Positions 1-8,836 of a stretch of 47,781 bases of DNA are shown piece after piece. Source of the DNA: Euryarchaeota archaeon UBA181 (GTDB taxonomy: Archaea > Thermoplasmatota > Poseidoniia > Poseidoniales > Thalassarchaeaceae); NCBI GenBank assembly GCA_002496725.1, contig DALI01000067.1, positions 1 through 47,781 of the forward strand. Direction: 5' to 3'. A program made the translations under genes and the position numbers. A model generated the notes under the pieces. It did no database searches, was not told where the DNA came from, and worked only from the letters and a program-made list of their open reading frames with translations. Position 1 is the stretch's first letter, and every line of letters begins with the position of its first letter.

Positions 1-593
1 TGTCCAAATTGAGGTATTCTAGATTGAAGCCTATCTTCATCTTCAGCATGAGTGGCAATTACCCCTCCTGTATTTGCGAAGATATCCTCGAGATGCCTTT
101 GCTCATGAACTAATAAATCACCAGTACTACTTCCCATGAAGATCTTGATTCCACACACGCCCTGCATTCCTTCGACACTACGCAAATCAGCGACATTGTT
201 TGCAGTAGCCCCGATGAAGAAGCCATGATGAGTTACAGCCTTCTTTGAAGCTAAGGAAATCTTCTGTTCCAATGATATTCGATTAATGGCATTTGGAACA
301 GTGTTCGGCATATCAAGAAAGGAGGTAATACCTCCAGAAGCAGCGGCCCTACTACCGCTTTCCAAATCTTCCTTTTCAGGATTTCCAGGGTCACGAAAGT
401 GCACATGGGGATCTATCGCTCCAGGTAATAGATACAATCCCGTTGCGTCTATCACAGATTCTCCATTCTGAACCTTCAGCCCTCCTTGTGGGGCAATAGT
501 TTTGATTGAACCAGCAGCAACACGCAGGTCGCCTTCTACTATTCCGCCAGGGAGGACCATCATCGCATTCTGAACAAGTAGGTCCCCGCTCAT
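1..593 (-). CDS. pyrC: Dihydroorotase-type amidohydrolase, N-terminal part (runs off the left edge; absent from the ORF track)
   Basis: Manual minus-strand translation from ATG 593: MSGDLLVQNAMMVLPGG...LYLLPGAIDPHVHFRDPG...EDLESGSRAAASGGITSFLDMPNT...GIKIFMGSSTG...IATHAED. These are the HxH metal motif, DMPNT and carboxylated-Lys region of dihydroorotase/allantoinase enzymes. Confidence 0.85.
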   Translation of the reverse strand, partial: MSGDLLVQNAMMVLPGGIVEGDLRVAAGSIKTIAPQGGLKVQNGESVIDATGLYLLPGAIDPHVHFRDPGNPEKEDLESGSRAAASGGITSFLDMPNTVPNAINRISLEQKISLASKKAVTHHGFFIGATANNVADLRSVEGMQGVCGIKIFMGSSTGDLLVHEQRHLEDIFANTGGVIATHAEDEDRLQSRIPQFG

Positions 594-667
594 CGTATCA
601 ACAACCCTCGGTAGGGATGGTACCTCATCACCATTGCCATAGAGCTCAATCGAGTTGTGAGGTTGTG

Positions 668-675
668 TTCATATA
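668..675 (+). promoter_or_regulatory. TATA-like box for tRNA-iMet (TTCATATA)
   Basis: Ends about 22 nt before the tRNA 5' end. The same TGTTCATATA occurs at 868-877 ahead of radA. Confidence 0.6.
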
Positions 676-696
676 TCCCCTGTACGCCGGAAAGAC

Positions 697-774
697 AACG
701 GGTTGGAGTAGTCAGGTTATCTCGTCGGGCTCATAACCCGGAGATCGGTGGTTCAAATCCACCACCCGTTACCA
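697..774 (+). tRNA. Initiator tRNA-Met (CAT), CCA encoded
   Basis: Acceptor stem AACGGGT/ACCCGTT (A1-U72), anticodon arm TCGGG-CTCATAA-CCCGG with three G-C pairs, T-arm GGTGG-TTCAAAT-CCACC, 3' ACCA. Confidence 0.95.
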
Positions 775-869
775 AAAACTAAATCTAAACTAAAAGTGAA
801 AAAACGATACACTGAAAGTAAATTAGTATAGAAAAACACTTTCAAATAGTAATTGCACTCCATCGTTTG

Positions 870-877
870 TTCATATA
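870..877 (+). promoter_or_regulatory. TATA-like box for radA
   Basis: TTCATATA, followed by an archaeal SD-like GGTGA at 906-910 and ATG at 915. Confidence 0.55.
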
Positions 878-914
878 CCTCCGACTGTCAGTCAGGTACA
901 TACACGGTGAGCAA

Positions 915-1916
915 ATGGATGAGAAGACAGCAAGTGAAAAAGTCGAAGAAGAGGAACTAGTGATAGATGTGGACGAACCACAGGCGACTATTGAAGATCT
1001 ACCAGGTGTAGGTCCAGCAACAGCTGAGAAGCTCAGAGACGCTGGTTTCGATGACTTGCTTGCAATTGCGGTAATGAGTCCTTCAGAATTGGGTGAGCAA
1101 GCTGAGCTCGGCGAAGCGGTGTCTGCAAAAATAATCGCTGGAGCTAAGAAATTAGCTAATATTGGCGGATTCATTAGTGGAGTCGCATTACTGGATAAGA
1201 GAAGTAAGGTAATGAAACTAACTTCTTCCACATCGGCTCTCGATGAACTACTGGGGGGTGGATTCGAAACTCAGGCAATTGTCGAAGTATACGGCGAATT
1301 TGGTAGTGGCAAGACACAAGTAGGGCATCAGCTAGCCGTCAATTGCGTTCTACCATTGGAACAAGGAGGGTTTGGGGGAGAAGTATTCTACATCGATACT
1401 GAGGATACATTCAGACCAGAAAGAATTACCCAGATGGCCGAGGGAATGGGATTAGTCCCCTCTGAAGTACTCGAGAGAATACATGTCGCTAGAGCCTACA
1501 ACTCCGCTCATCAAATGCTGCTAGTGGATGAAATTCAGAGAATGGGAAGGAGCATCGATGTCAGACTGATCATCGTTGACTCATTGACCAGTCACTTCAG
1601 AGCCGAGTATCTGGGTCGTGGGATGCTAGCCGCTAGGCAACAAAAGCTCAATCGCCATCTAAAAGATCTCAAGAAGCTAGCCGACATAAACAATGCCCTG
1701 GTTTTAGTTACCAACCAGGTTCACTCCAAGCCTGATGCCATGTGGGGCGACCCAACCAAGCCAATTGGGGGTCACATAGTGGGACATGCAAGCACTTTCC
1801 GCCTGTACCTTAGGAAATCCAAGGGGGGCCGTAGAATTGCTCGCCTAGTGGACAGTCCTAACTTGCCTGATGGGGAGGCGGTCTTCAACGTGACAAGCGA
1901 GGGTCTGCGGGATTGA
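915..1916 (+). CDS. radA: DNA repair and recombination protein RadA
   Basis: N-terminal HhH ([12 protein letters not shown]), Walker [22 protein letters not shown], Walker [21 protein letters not shown]. Start moved from 867 to ATG 915 because of the GGTGA SD. Confidence 0.97.
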   Translation: MDEKTASEKVEEEELVIDVDEPQATIEDLPGVGPATAEKLRDAGFDDLLAIAVMSPSELGEQAELGEAVSAKIIAGAKKLANIGGFISGVALLDKRSKVMKLTSSTSALDELLGGGFETQAIVEVYGEFGSGKTQVGHQLAVNCVLPLEQGGFGGEVFYIDTEDTFRPERITQMAEGMGLVPSEVLERIHVARAYNSAHQMLLVDEIQRMGRSIDVRLIIVDSLTSHFRAEYLGRGMLAARQQKLNRHLKDLKKLADINNALVLVTNQVHSKPDAMWGDPTKPIGGHIVGHASTFRLYLRKSKGGRRIARLVDSPNLPDGEAVFNVTSEGLRD

Positions 1917-1923
1917 TCACCCG

Positions 1924-1938
1924 CGGACCCCGTGTCCG
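1924..1938. terminator. Small hairpin between convergent radA and the M3 peptidase gene
   Basis: CGGAC-cccgt-GTCCG in the 23-nt gap between the two stop codons. No U-tract, so function is uncertain. Confidence 0.3.
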
Positions 1939-1939
1939 A

Positions 1940-3667
1940 CTACGCCAGCTCAGTCATCGCAGTCCTAACTTCTTCAATCAACACTGCTAAGTGATTTTTA
2001 TCGAACCCTAGCTTAATATCCGCTGCAGAGAATAGTTCCGGCAGAGTTTTGGTATTTCCCAGTTTCATAGCATTTGAATAATCTGACAATGCTTTTTCAC
2101 CATCTTTCCGTTGTGTCCTCCAGAGCTGCAAGGCTCCTAACTGAGCTATACCATACTCAACATAGTAGAAAGGAGCTCCGTAGAGATGACCCTGTTGTTG
2201 CCAAGAGATATCCCTGAATATTTCATATTCATCCCATTCCATATTGGATCCGAACCTATCTCTTATAGAGTTCCAAATTTCCTTCCTTTGCTCTCTGCTA
2301 TGGTTTGGATTAGCATATATCCAATGTTGGAATGAATCTATTGTGGCTATCCAGGGAAGTAGAAAAATAATCCCTTCCAAGTGACCTATTCTAGCTCTAT
2401 CAGCTTCTTCCCGATCATAGAATTCCTCCCACTTATCCTGTGTCATGAGCTCCATCGACATTGAAGCAACCTCTGCAAATTCTATCGGGTAGCTCCTTTC
2501 GCCAATGAGCTCAAGGTCACCGCAGTAGATAGAGTGGAATGCATGTCCTGCCTCATGTATCATAGTTTCCAGATCTCCCTGCAAACCTGCAGCATTCATG
2601 AATATGAATGGAACCCTACTTTTTTGCAGATAATACTGATATCCGCCTGGGGCCTTCCCCTTCCTAGTATCCAAATCAAGAGTATCCATTTCAACTAGCA
2701 TATCGAACTTCTCACCTAGGTCATCAGACATTTTGTGAAACAAAGAAGAGAGCCTTTCTACCATTTCTCCAACATCGGCAAAGGGCCTCAATGGCATTCT
2801 CCCCTCTAAATCTGGTCCCACTCCAGTTTTCTCATTAACATCCCATGGACTTAGAATACCTAGGTCAAGACTTTCAACTCTCTTGGAATTTATCTCATGC
2901 ATTAATGGGATACAAACTGATTCAATTGCGTCATGGAACTCCAAGCAGTCTTCCTTGGAATAGTCAAACCTCTCCATCGCTCTAAACATATAGTCAGTAT
3001 AGGTTTCGAAACCCGCATTCACAGCTATCCGGTGCCTAATTTTAATCAACTCATCAAAAATGTCTGATAACCTATCTTCATCTTTCATTCTCCTGTCGGC
3101 AACTCCTTTCCACGCACTGGATCTTACTTGCCTGTCGTTCGCCTCTAGGAAAACCCTCATCTCAGGAATGGTATATTCTTCACCATTGAATTCAACTGTC
3201 ATTGCTCCATTAATGGCTTGTGCCTCGGTAACTAATTTGGTTTGCTCCACTCCTAGTGGAATATTCTCTTTTCTAAAAATCTCAACATCATTCCTCATGG
3301 ATCTAATCATCAGGGCATATCTTTCTGGAAGATTATCTATGGCCTCATGCTCAATCAGTCTCCGATTAAGTGAATCGGAGAACTCTGAAAGTTTCGGTCT
3401 TACATTTTCTACGAAATCTAGGAAAGACTTCCTTTTATCCTCACTCTCGGTATCACAGGTCATTGCAATGTAGAGAAGTGCACCTTTTTCTGAGATGTGC
3501 TCAGAAAGCTCAGAAGCATCCCTTATTGCTTTCTCAAGACAACCAGAACAGGTCATTCTTCTGTTGAGGAGGTCTTCAGTGTAGGGTTTGATTTCCTCCC
3601 AGATGCCCGCATCAAAATCACTCCTTACGAAAGACCCACTTTCCTTGTCCACTGCGATATCGCCCAT
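1940..3667 (-). CDS. M3B-family oligoendopeptidase (PepF-like)
   Basis: HEAGH zinc motif, RKGKAPGGY, EFAEVASMSME, HLYGAPFYYVEY. The ORF is open to 3721, but ATG 3667/3673 avoids overlap with cgi121. Confidence 0.92.
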   Translation of the reverse strand: MGDIAVDKESGSFVRSDFDAGIWEEIKPYTEDLLNRRMTCSGCLEKAIRDASELSEHISEKGALLYIAMTCDTESEDKRKSFLDFVENVRPKLSEFSDSLNRRLIEHEAIDNLPERYALMIRSMRNDVEIFRKENIPLGVEQTKLVTEAQAINGAMTVEFNGEEYTIPEMRVFLEANDRQVRSSAWKGVADRRMKDEDRLSDIFDELIKIRHRIAVNAGFETYTDYMFRAMERFDYSKEDCLEFHDAIESVCIPLMHEINSKRVESLDLGILSPWDVNEKTGVGPDLEGRMPLRPFADVGEMVERLSSLFHKMSDDLGEKFDMLVEMDTLDLDTRKGKAPGGYQYYLQKSRVPFIFMNAAGLQGDLETMIHEAGHAFHSIYCGDLELIGERSYPIEFAEVASMSMELMTQDKWEEFYDREEADRARIGHLEGIIFLLPWIATIDSFQHWIYANPNHSREQRKEIWNSIRDRFGSNMEWDEYEIFRDISWQQQGHLYGAPFYYVEYGIAQLGALQLWRTQRKDGEKALSDYSNAMKLGNTKTLPELFSAADIKLGFDKNHLAVLIEEVRTAMTELA

Positions 3668-3710
3668 ATTCATCCCACAATGCCAATGGATATTACCCTG
3701 ACTGTTGATC

Positions 3711-4271
3711 TCATAAATCACTCATTGATGCATGAAGAAGGAAGGCCTGCTCTATCTTACTATTCGATAACGTTTCATTCTTGGTAATTGCCCCTATCTT
3801 GACAAGTCCACCGATTGTTGGAAATGGCCTTCTTGTTATCATTCTCCCTCCCAGATGCTCAATAATCCTCTCTGCTTCACTACTGTGATGGTTATACTCC
3901 TCCATTGGAATACTAGTCTCTTCCATACCCTTCGTAGTATCAATCTCAGGTAGTCTAATGATCCAGGCCTTAGCATCTCCCTTGGATATACCAGATCTCT
4001 CAATTGCTACTCTTATTTGCCTAGTCCCGGAGACTACTCTTAGGAATTCTGCTCCAGAATCCCTTGCAACCATTGTCCCCTTCTGCTCATTTCTCCTAAC
4101 TTGATGCCATGCCGACCACAGGTGTACTTCACTAGCAGCAACCTCATAAGAAATTAGAATCCAACGTTCATCAGGACGCCACTCTTCCATATCTGCGATC
4201 AATGAGGAGATATTCTCTATGGGCGATGAAAACTTTACTCCCCAAGCAGGAAACCAAGGTATTGTCGCCAT
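3711..4271 (-). CDS. cgi121: KEOPS complex subunit Cgi121
   Basis: HLWSAW...MVARDSGAEFLRVVSGTRQIRVAIERSGI matches the Cgi121 signature. Position downstream of hel308 is a known euryarchaeal arrangement. Confidence 0.75.
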   Translation of the reverse strand: MATIPWFPAWGVKFSSPIENISSLIADMEEWRPDERWILISYEVAASEVHLWSAWHQVRRNEQKGTMVARDSGAEFLRVVSGTRQIRVAIERSGISKGDAKAWIIRLPEIDTTKGMEETSIPMEEYNHHSSEAERIIEHLGGRMITRRPFPTIGGLVKIGAITKNETLSNSKIEQAFLLHASMSDL

Positions 4272-4298
4272 ATAATCATCGCTCGGTCTTGTCGGAGT

Positions 4299-6905
4299 TC
4301 AATTGTCCTTTCTGCTAGATCTCCTCGTCATTCTAGCGGCATCTCTGACTAGATTCTCTACAAGTCTTACGCTCCACCCCCTTAAATCGGACAATCTTTC
4401 TCGATCTTTCTCTGTTAGTTCTGCTACATCTGATACTTCACTCACTCCAAGGAGTTTGGACATCTCTCTCGCTCTCACTCTGCCAATTCCCTTGAGAGAA
4501 ACAAGTCCAAGTATGTCAGATTTACAACCATATCTGACCCTTCTCCGAGTCTCCCCTATTGCATCTATCAGGGTTTCGTGTGCTTGTCTTCCGAATGCAG
4601 ATATTTCCTCATCCTCGATTACGATTCTCCTTGATGCATAGAGGAGCCATTCAGCTAATTCTACACGACTTCTAAGATCGCCAGGCTGTACTCCCCAATT
4701 CTTTTCTATAGAGCTCATTGTTTCTTCTTCCATCCAAGATTGTAGAACCAAAGCCCCCTTCATCCGCCTATCTTCATCATGATCAACAGCACTTCCAAGC
4801 ATCTCCCTCTCATGGATATGTAATGCAGATTGAACCCTATCAAAATCTGATTTCCTAAGCCACAGAGGTAAGAAATCAGGCGTGCAGGCTACTAGATGAA
4901 GTAGGCTTATTGGAGAAAATTGTTGAAACTCATCACGACCGGAAATTATCTCCATGGCCTTTCCAAGTCCATCTCTCAGAATTCTTCCAGATAGTGGATT
5001 CAGGTATAGCATAGATATTCTCTTGCCTAGGGGAGTTGGAAGATATGTCATTGTCGGAGACTCCGAACGCCCAATAGTATCTTCACTCATTGAATTTGCC
5101 TTCTTAAAGCCAAAAATAGCAGGCCCATTCCTCCTCGTCTCAAATTTTCTAACTTCTCTTCGAGTTGACAGCTCGACCCCAAGGACGCTAGCAGCTGAAT
5201 TTGCCCAAGTAGGGACTTCATCTAACCACTCTTCTTCATTCAGAGAAGAAGGCTGTTCATCTTGTATTTTCTTAGCTACTTTTTCAGAGTCCCCTTCTCT
5301 AGTAAGCATCCCATTCTCAACTAACCAGGCTATCGCTTCATCTAATCTATCTGCCAAAGTCTCGGGCCTCATTTGAGTAGCTAAAAAAGTACTATCAAAG
5401 AAACGACTCACTGAGTATCTATCATTCAAGATCCCACTAGAGATTAATGAAAGGACATGAGTCAGCAAAGCAGGATCCTCAATAGCGCTTTTTGCCATAG
5501 GATTAGCTAGTTTTGAAGTCACATCTTCCGGCTCACTATTCAGATATAGGTCGACTAATCTTTTTTCCTCATCCGAATCTTTCGATAGAATCCATGCATC
5601 GCCATATTCGTCATACTTGGGACGACCAGCCCTACCTAGCATCTGTCTAATTTCCATTACTGATAACGGCATTGAAGCACTGGCGGCTACACTCCACCTC
5701 CTGAAATCTCTAATCACAACTCTCCTTGCTGGGAGATTGACGCCTTGTGCAAGGGTGGGTGTGGCAACAATGCATTTTATGTCCCCCTTCTTGAAAGAAC
5801 TCTCAATAATTCCTCTTTGGCGATGTGTTAGTCCTGCGTGATGAAAACCAACTCCTCCCTTGATTGACTTAGCCAAGGAGGACCCAGTGGAAGAATTCTC
5901 TCCCCCCTTGGAAATTTTATCTGAAATATACTTCCAATTTTCTATCGTTTCTCCTGTGATTATATTAAAATCACCCTCTGTTAGGCTTAGTAGATATTCT
6001 GAAAGAACCCTAGCTTCCTTAACTGCCGAGGCTCTTGAAGATACAAAAACAAGTAATTGGCCCCCTATGGAAATAGTATCTTCTAAAGCGGCCTGAAGCC
6101 TCCTATTCTTCATTCCAGGTAAAGCTCTAGATTTGACTTCCTCCCTTTCTCCCCCTCCCTCAATTCTATGAATACTAACATCAAGGTCAGTCATTATCCC
6201 ACAGTGTAATGGTATTGGTCTCCAATCGGACTTAACATGTTCTGCTCTCAGCCATTTTGACAGCTTTTCTGAGTTTCCTACAGTAGCTGAAAGTGCGATT
6301 ATTTGAGCTTCTGGACGAATATGCATTATTCTGGAAAGAGTAACTTCCAGGGTGGGCCCTCTGCTGAAGTCATTCAGAAGGTGAAACTCATCTGATACCA
6401 CCACTCCCAGATTTTCTAGAAATCCCACTCTTGTCCTTAGTATGGAGTCCAGCTTCTCGCTTGTGCATACCAAGATATCAGAGTCCTCTACACTGGATGA
6501 TTCACCTCCCCTGTCCCCAATCGCTAAACCCACTGTTAATCCAACTGACTCAGCAATTTCCTTCATCTCCTCGAATTTTTCATTTGCGAGCGCCTTCAGA
6601 GGAACTACGTAAGCGCCACGCATTCCTTTCATATCACCAATTAATCGATTAATGATGCCTATGTATGCCACAAGTGATTTCCCACTCGCCGTGGGGATTG
6701 TCAGCATCAGATTTTTCCCTTCTAAAATTGGAGGTAAAGCTTCCATCTGTGGAGGAAAAAAACTCTCAATTCCCCAATTATTTTTCAGAAAATTAGTAAT
6801 CCTCGGATCAATCCCAAGACTCTCAAGTCCATCCTCTGAAGTCGCCACGACTCTGCTTATATTCGGCCGTTCTAAAGGATGCCGCGAATAATGAGCTAAT
6901 TCCAC
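4299..6905 (-). CDS. hel308: Ski2-like SF2 DNA helicase Hel308/Hjm
   Basis: PTASGKS, VPLKALANEK, DEFH, LSATVGN, FHHAGL, ATPTLAQGVNLPAR, QMLGRAGRP, C-terminal HhH (LKGIGRVRAR). The true start is probably a GTG near 6849. Confidence 0.93.
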   Translation of the reverse strand: MELAHYSRHPLERPNISRVVATSEDGLESLGIDPRITNFLKNNWGIESFFPPQMEALPPILEGKNLMLTIPTASGKSLVAYIGIINRLIGDMKGMRGAYVVPLKALANEKFEEMKEIAESVGLTVGLAIGDRGGESSSVEDSDILVCTSEKLDSILRTRVGFLENLGVVVSDEFHLLNDFSRGPTLEVTLSRIMHIRPEAQIIALSATVGNSEKLSKWLRAEHVKSDWRPIPLHCGIMTDLDVSIHRIEGGGEREEVKSRALPGMKNRRLQAALEDTISIGGQLLVFVSSRASAVKEARVLSEYLLSLTEGDFNIITGETIENWKYISDKISKGGENSSTGSSLAKSIKGGVGFHHAGLTHRQRGIIESSFKKGDIKCIVATPTLAQGVNLPARRVVIRDFRRWSVAASASMPLSVMEIRQMLGRAGRPKYDEYGDAWILSKDSDEEKRLVDLYLNSEPEDVTSKLANPMAKSAIEDPALLTHVLSLISSGILNDRYSVSRFFDSTFLATQMRPETLADRLDEAIAWLVENGMLTREGDSEKVAKKIQDEQPSSLNEEEWLDEVPTWANSAASVLGVELSTRREVRKFETRRNGPAIFGFKKANSMSEDTIGRSESPTMTYLPTPLGKRISMLYLNPLSGRILRDGLGKAMEIISGRDEFQQFSPISLLHLVACTPDFLPLWLRKSDFDRVQSALHIHEREMLGSAVDHDEDRRMKGALVLQSWMEEETMSSIEKNWGVQPGDLRSRVELAEWLLYASRRIVIEDEEISAFGRQAHETLIDAIGETRRRVRYGCKSDILGLVSLKGIGRVRAREMSKLLGVSEVSDVAELTEKDRERLSDLRGWSVRLVENLVRDAARMTRRSSRKDN

Positions 6906-7372
6906 CGATGGTATGCTGGATGCCCCTCTGAAACTGCTACAAAGAGACCTTCACCAGTAGCACATATCTTCTCCTCACAAATCAGGCTCATTCTTATCTT
7001 CGCTCTATCGGAACTCAATTCAATTACCTCCGACGTAATTTTCAGTATCTTGTCATTTGGAGTAGGTCTTCTGAGGTTGATGCTATATGACGCAGTTACT
7101 GTGCAGGGAGGACTATTGACTCCTTCATTTTCCATCAGTGCTACTGCCGCAGTCCAATTTCCATGACAGTCCATAAGTGCCCCTATTATCCCGCCATTAA
7201 CCATTCCAGGGAATGCTTGATGATGTTCTTCTGGATTAAACTCCATATACATTCCATTATCTGTTCTGAAAGATCGTATTCTCAATCCTCTCTCATTCGC
7301 TGGACCGCATCCAAAACATATACTCGATGGAGCATATTTTTCCTGTACCGAAAGATCACCATTACCACTCAT
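6896..7372 (-). CDS. PaaI-family hot-dog thioesterase
   Basis: CFGCGPANERGL, HQAFPGMVNGGIIGALMDCH, VTASYSINLRRPTP. Confidence 0.85.
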   Translation of the reverse strand: MSGNGDLSVQEKYAPSSICFGCGPANERGLRIRSFRTDNGMYMEFNPEEHHQAFPGMVNGGIIGALMDCHGNWTAAVALMENEGVNSPPCTVTASYSINLRRPTPNDKILKITSEVIELSSDRAKIRMSLICEEKICATGEGLFVAVSEGHPAYHRWN

Positions 7373-7414
7373 ATGCTATAGGAAAGGCCCTAGGGAATTG
7401 AATAATTCCCATAA

Positions 7415-8836
7415 TTGTCCCAGCGTATCCTATTTATGTCGAACCTACTGGGAGGAGCGTTGACGAATCCCAAAGGGGGCTCAGTAGATGGGTCAAAGTC
7501 CGATAGGCCTGAAAGCCTGATACCTAGATCAAAGAGAAGAAGGTTCGCTCCATTGAAAGTAGCGAATCAAATACCTAAGAGGAGGAGAATGGAGATAGAG
7601 AAGGCACTCGAAGGAAGTGTTGGAACTCCAAAGAAATGGTCTCGTCAGAGTGGTCCGAGAAATCATAGTTTTCTCCGTAAGAGAATTCTCCCAGGCTCAA
7701 TTAGGAGACTTGAATTCGATCTTCTTTCTGTTGAAATAGGGGAGTCATGGCCAGTTCCAGTAACCGTAGTTCATGGCTCTCGTCCGGGCCCAGTAGTTAC
7801 ACTTCTTGGTGCCGTGCATGGAAATGAACTAGTGGGTCCATTGGCTTTGACATATCTATCAGGTCCAAATTTCATTGGAATTGGTAAGTCTATAGATCCC
7901 GAGGCATTAGCAGGAACAATAAGAATCGTACCTGTTGTGAATATGCCTGGTTACAAGATGAAGAGCAGATATATGCCAGATGGAAGGGACTTGAACAGAT
8001 CATTCCCTGGAAAGCCCGATAGTAACACGTCCTTTCGCGTAGCAGATAGATTATGGAAACAAATTATCGCGGGTAGCGATTATGTCATTGACCTTCATAC
8101 AGCAGCCGTAGGGAGAACTAATATGCCTCAGATTCGCGCCAATCTTGCACATGCCTCTAGCAATAAAATAGCCAGATCATTCGGTATTGAGGCCATATTG
8201 GACAATGCAGGCCCGAAGGGCTCTCTAAGGAGAGTCACCAATGATTATGATATCGCCTGCATCACTTTCGAGGGAGGGGGTCCCGATGAGCTCGATCCCG
8301 AATCAGTACAGGTCTCTTTGTACGGTATCCTCAATGTTCTGAGGTCACTAAGGATGATACCGGGTCATCCGAGTAGGCCAAGCTTCAGGATTCTGGCATC
8401 TGGCTCACTCTGGATTAGGTCTGATCAAGGAGGCTTATTGGATGTACTTGCTCCAGCAGGTAGCTTTGTGGAAGAAGGGGAAGTGGTAGCTACAGTTACT
8501 AATCCAGAAAGCCCGGATGAGTCACATGATGTGATTTCCCCGACTAAGGGCCTGATGATCTGCTCGGCGACCAATCCCTTCGTTACGGCAGGAACTCCAG
8601 TTGGTCATATTCTCCCAGTGACAAAGGGAGTCCAAACAATAAGGAAGAGACTTGACGATGATGACTGCTTAGTTATCAGTGGAGCAGATGGCGATCCAGT
8701 ATGGAGAGATGATGATGATGTTGAGGACATTACAGTAGGGGGAGAATGGTCAGGTGGCACTGTAGACGCCGAATGGGCCACAAACCCTCCAACTGATTCC
8801 GATGAAGAAGCGGCCGAGGCTGATCCCTCTCAGTAA
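7415..8836 (+). CDS. Succinylglutamate desuccinylase/aspartoacylase (M14 ASTE/ASPA) family protein
   Basis: GAVHGNE, RDLNRSFPG, IDLHT, TFEGG and a C-terminal barrel-sandwich-like domain. Start uncertain (ATG 7436, or TTG 7460 after GGAGGA). Confidence 0.85.
   Translation: MSQRILFMSNLLGGALTNPKGGSVDGSKSDRPESLIPRSKRRRFAPLKVANQIPKRRRMEIEKALEGSVGTPKKWSRQSGPRNHSFLRKRILPGSIRRLEFDLLSVEIGESWPVPVTVVHGSRPGPVVTLLGAVHGNELVGPLALTYLSGPNFIGIGKSIDPEALAGTIRIVPVVNMPGYKMKSRYMPDGRDLNRSFPGKPDSNTSFRVADRLWKQIIAGSDYVIDLHTAAVGRTNMPQIRANLAHASSNKIARSFGIEAILDNAGPKGSLRRVTNDYDIACITFEGGGPDELDPESVQVSLYGILNVLRSLRMIPGHPSRPSFRILASGSLWIRSDQGGLLDVLAPAGSFVEEGEVVATVTNPESPDESHDVISPTKGLMICSATNPFVTAGTPVGHILPVTKGVQTIRKRLDDDDCLVISGADGDPVWRDDDDVEDITVGGEWSGGTVDAEWATNPPTDSDEEAAEADPSQ

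Noticed and set aside
5052-5288. Hel308 insertion as a mini-intein
   Set aside because: No terminal His-Asn followed by Cys/Ser/Thr, no recognisable splicing blocks, and it is too short.
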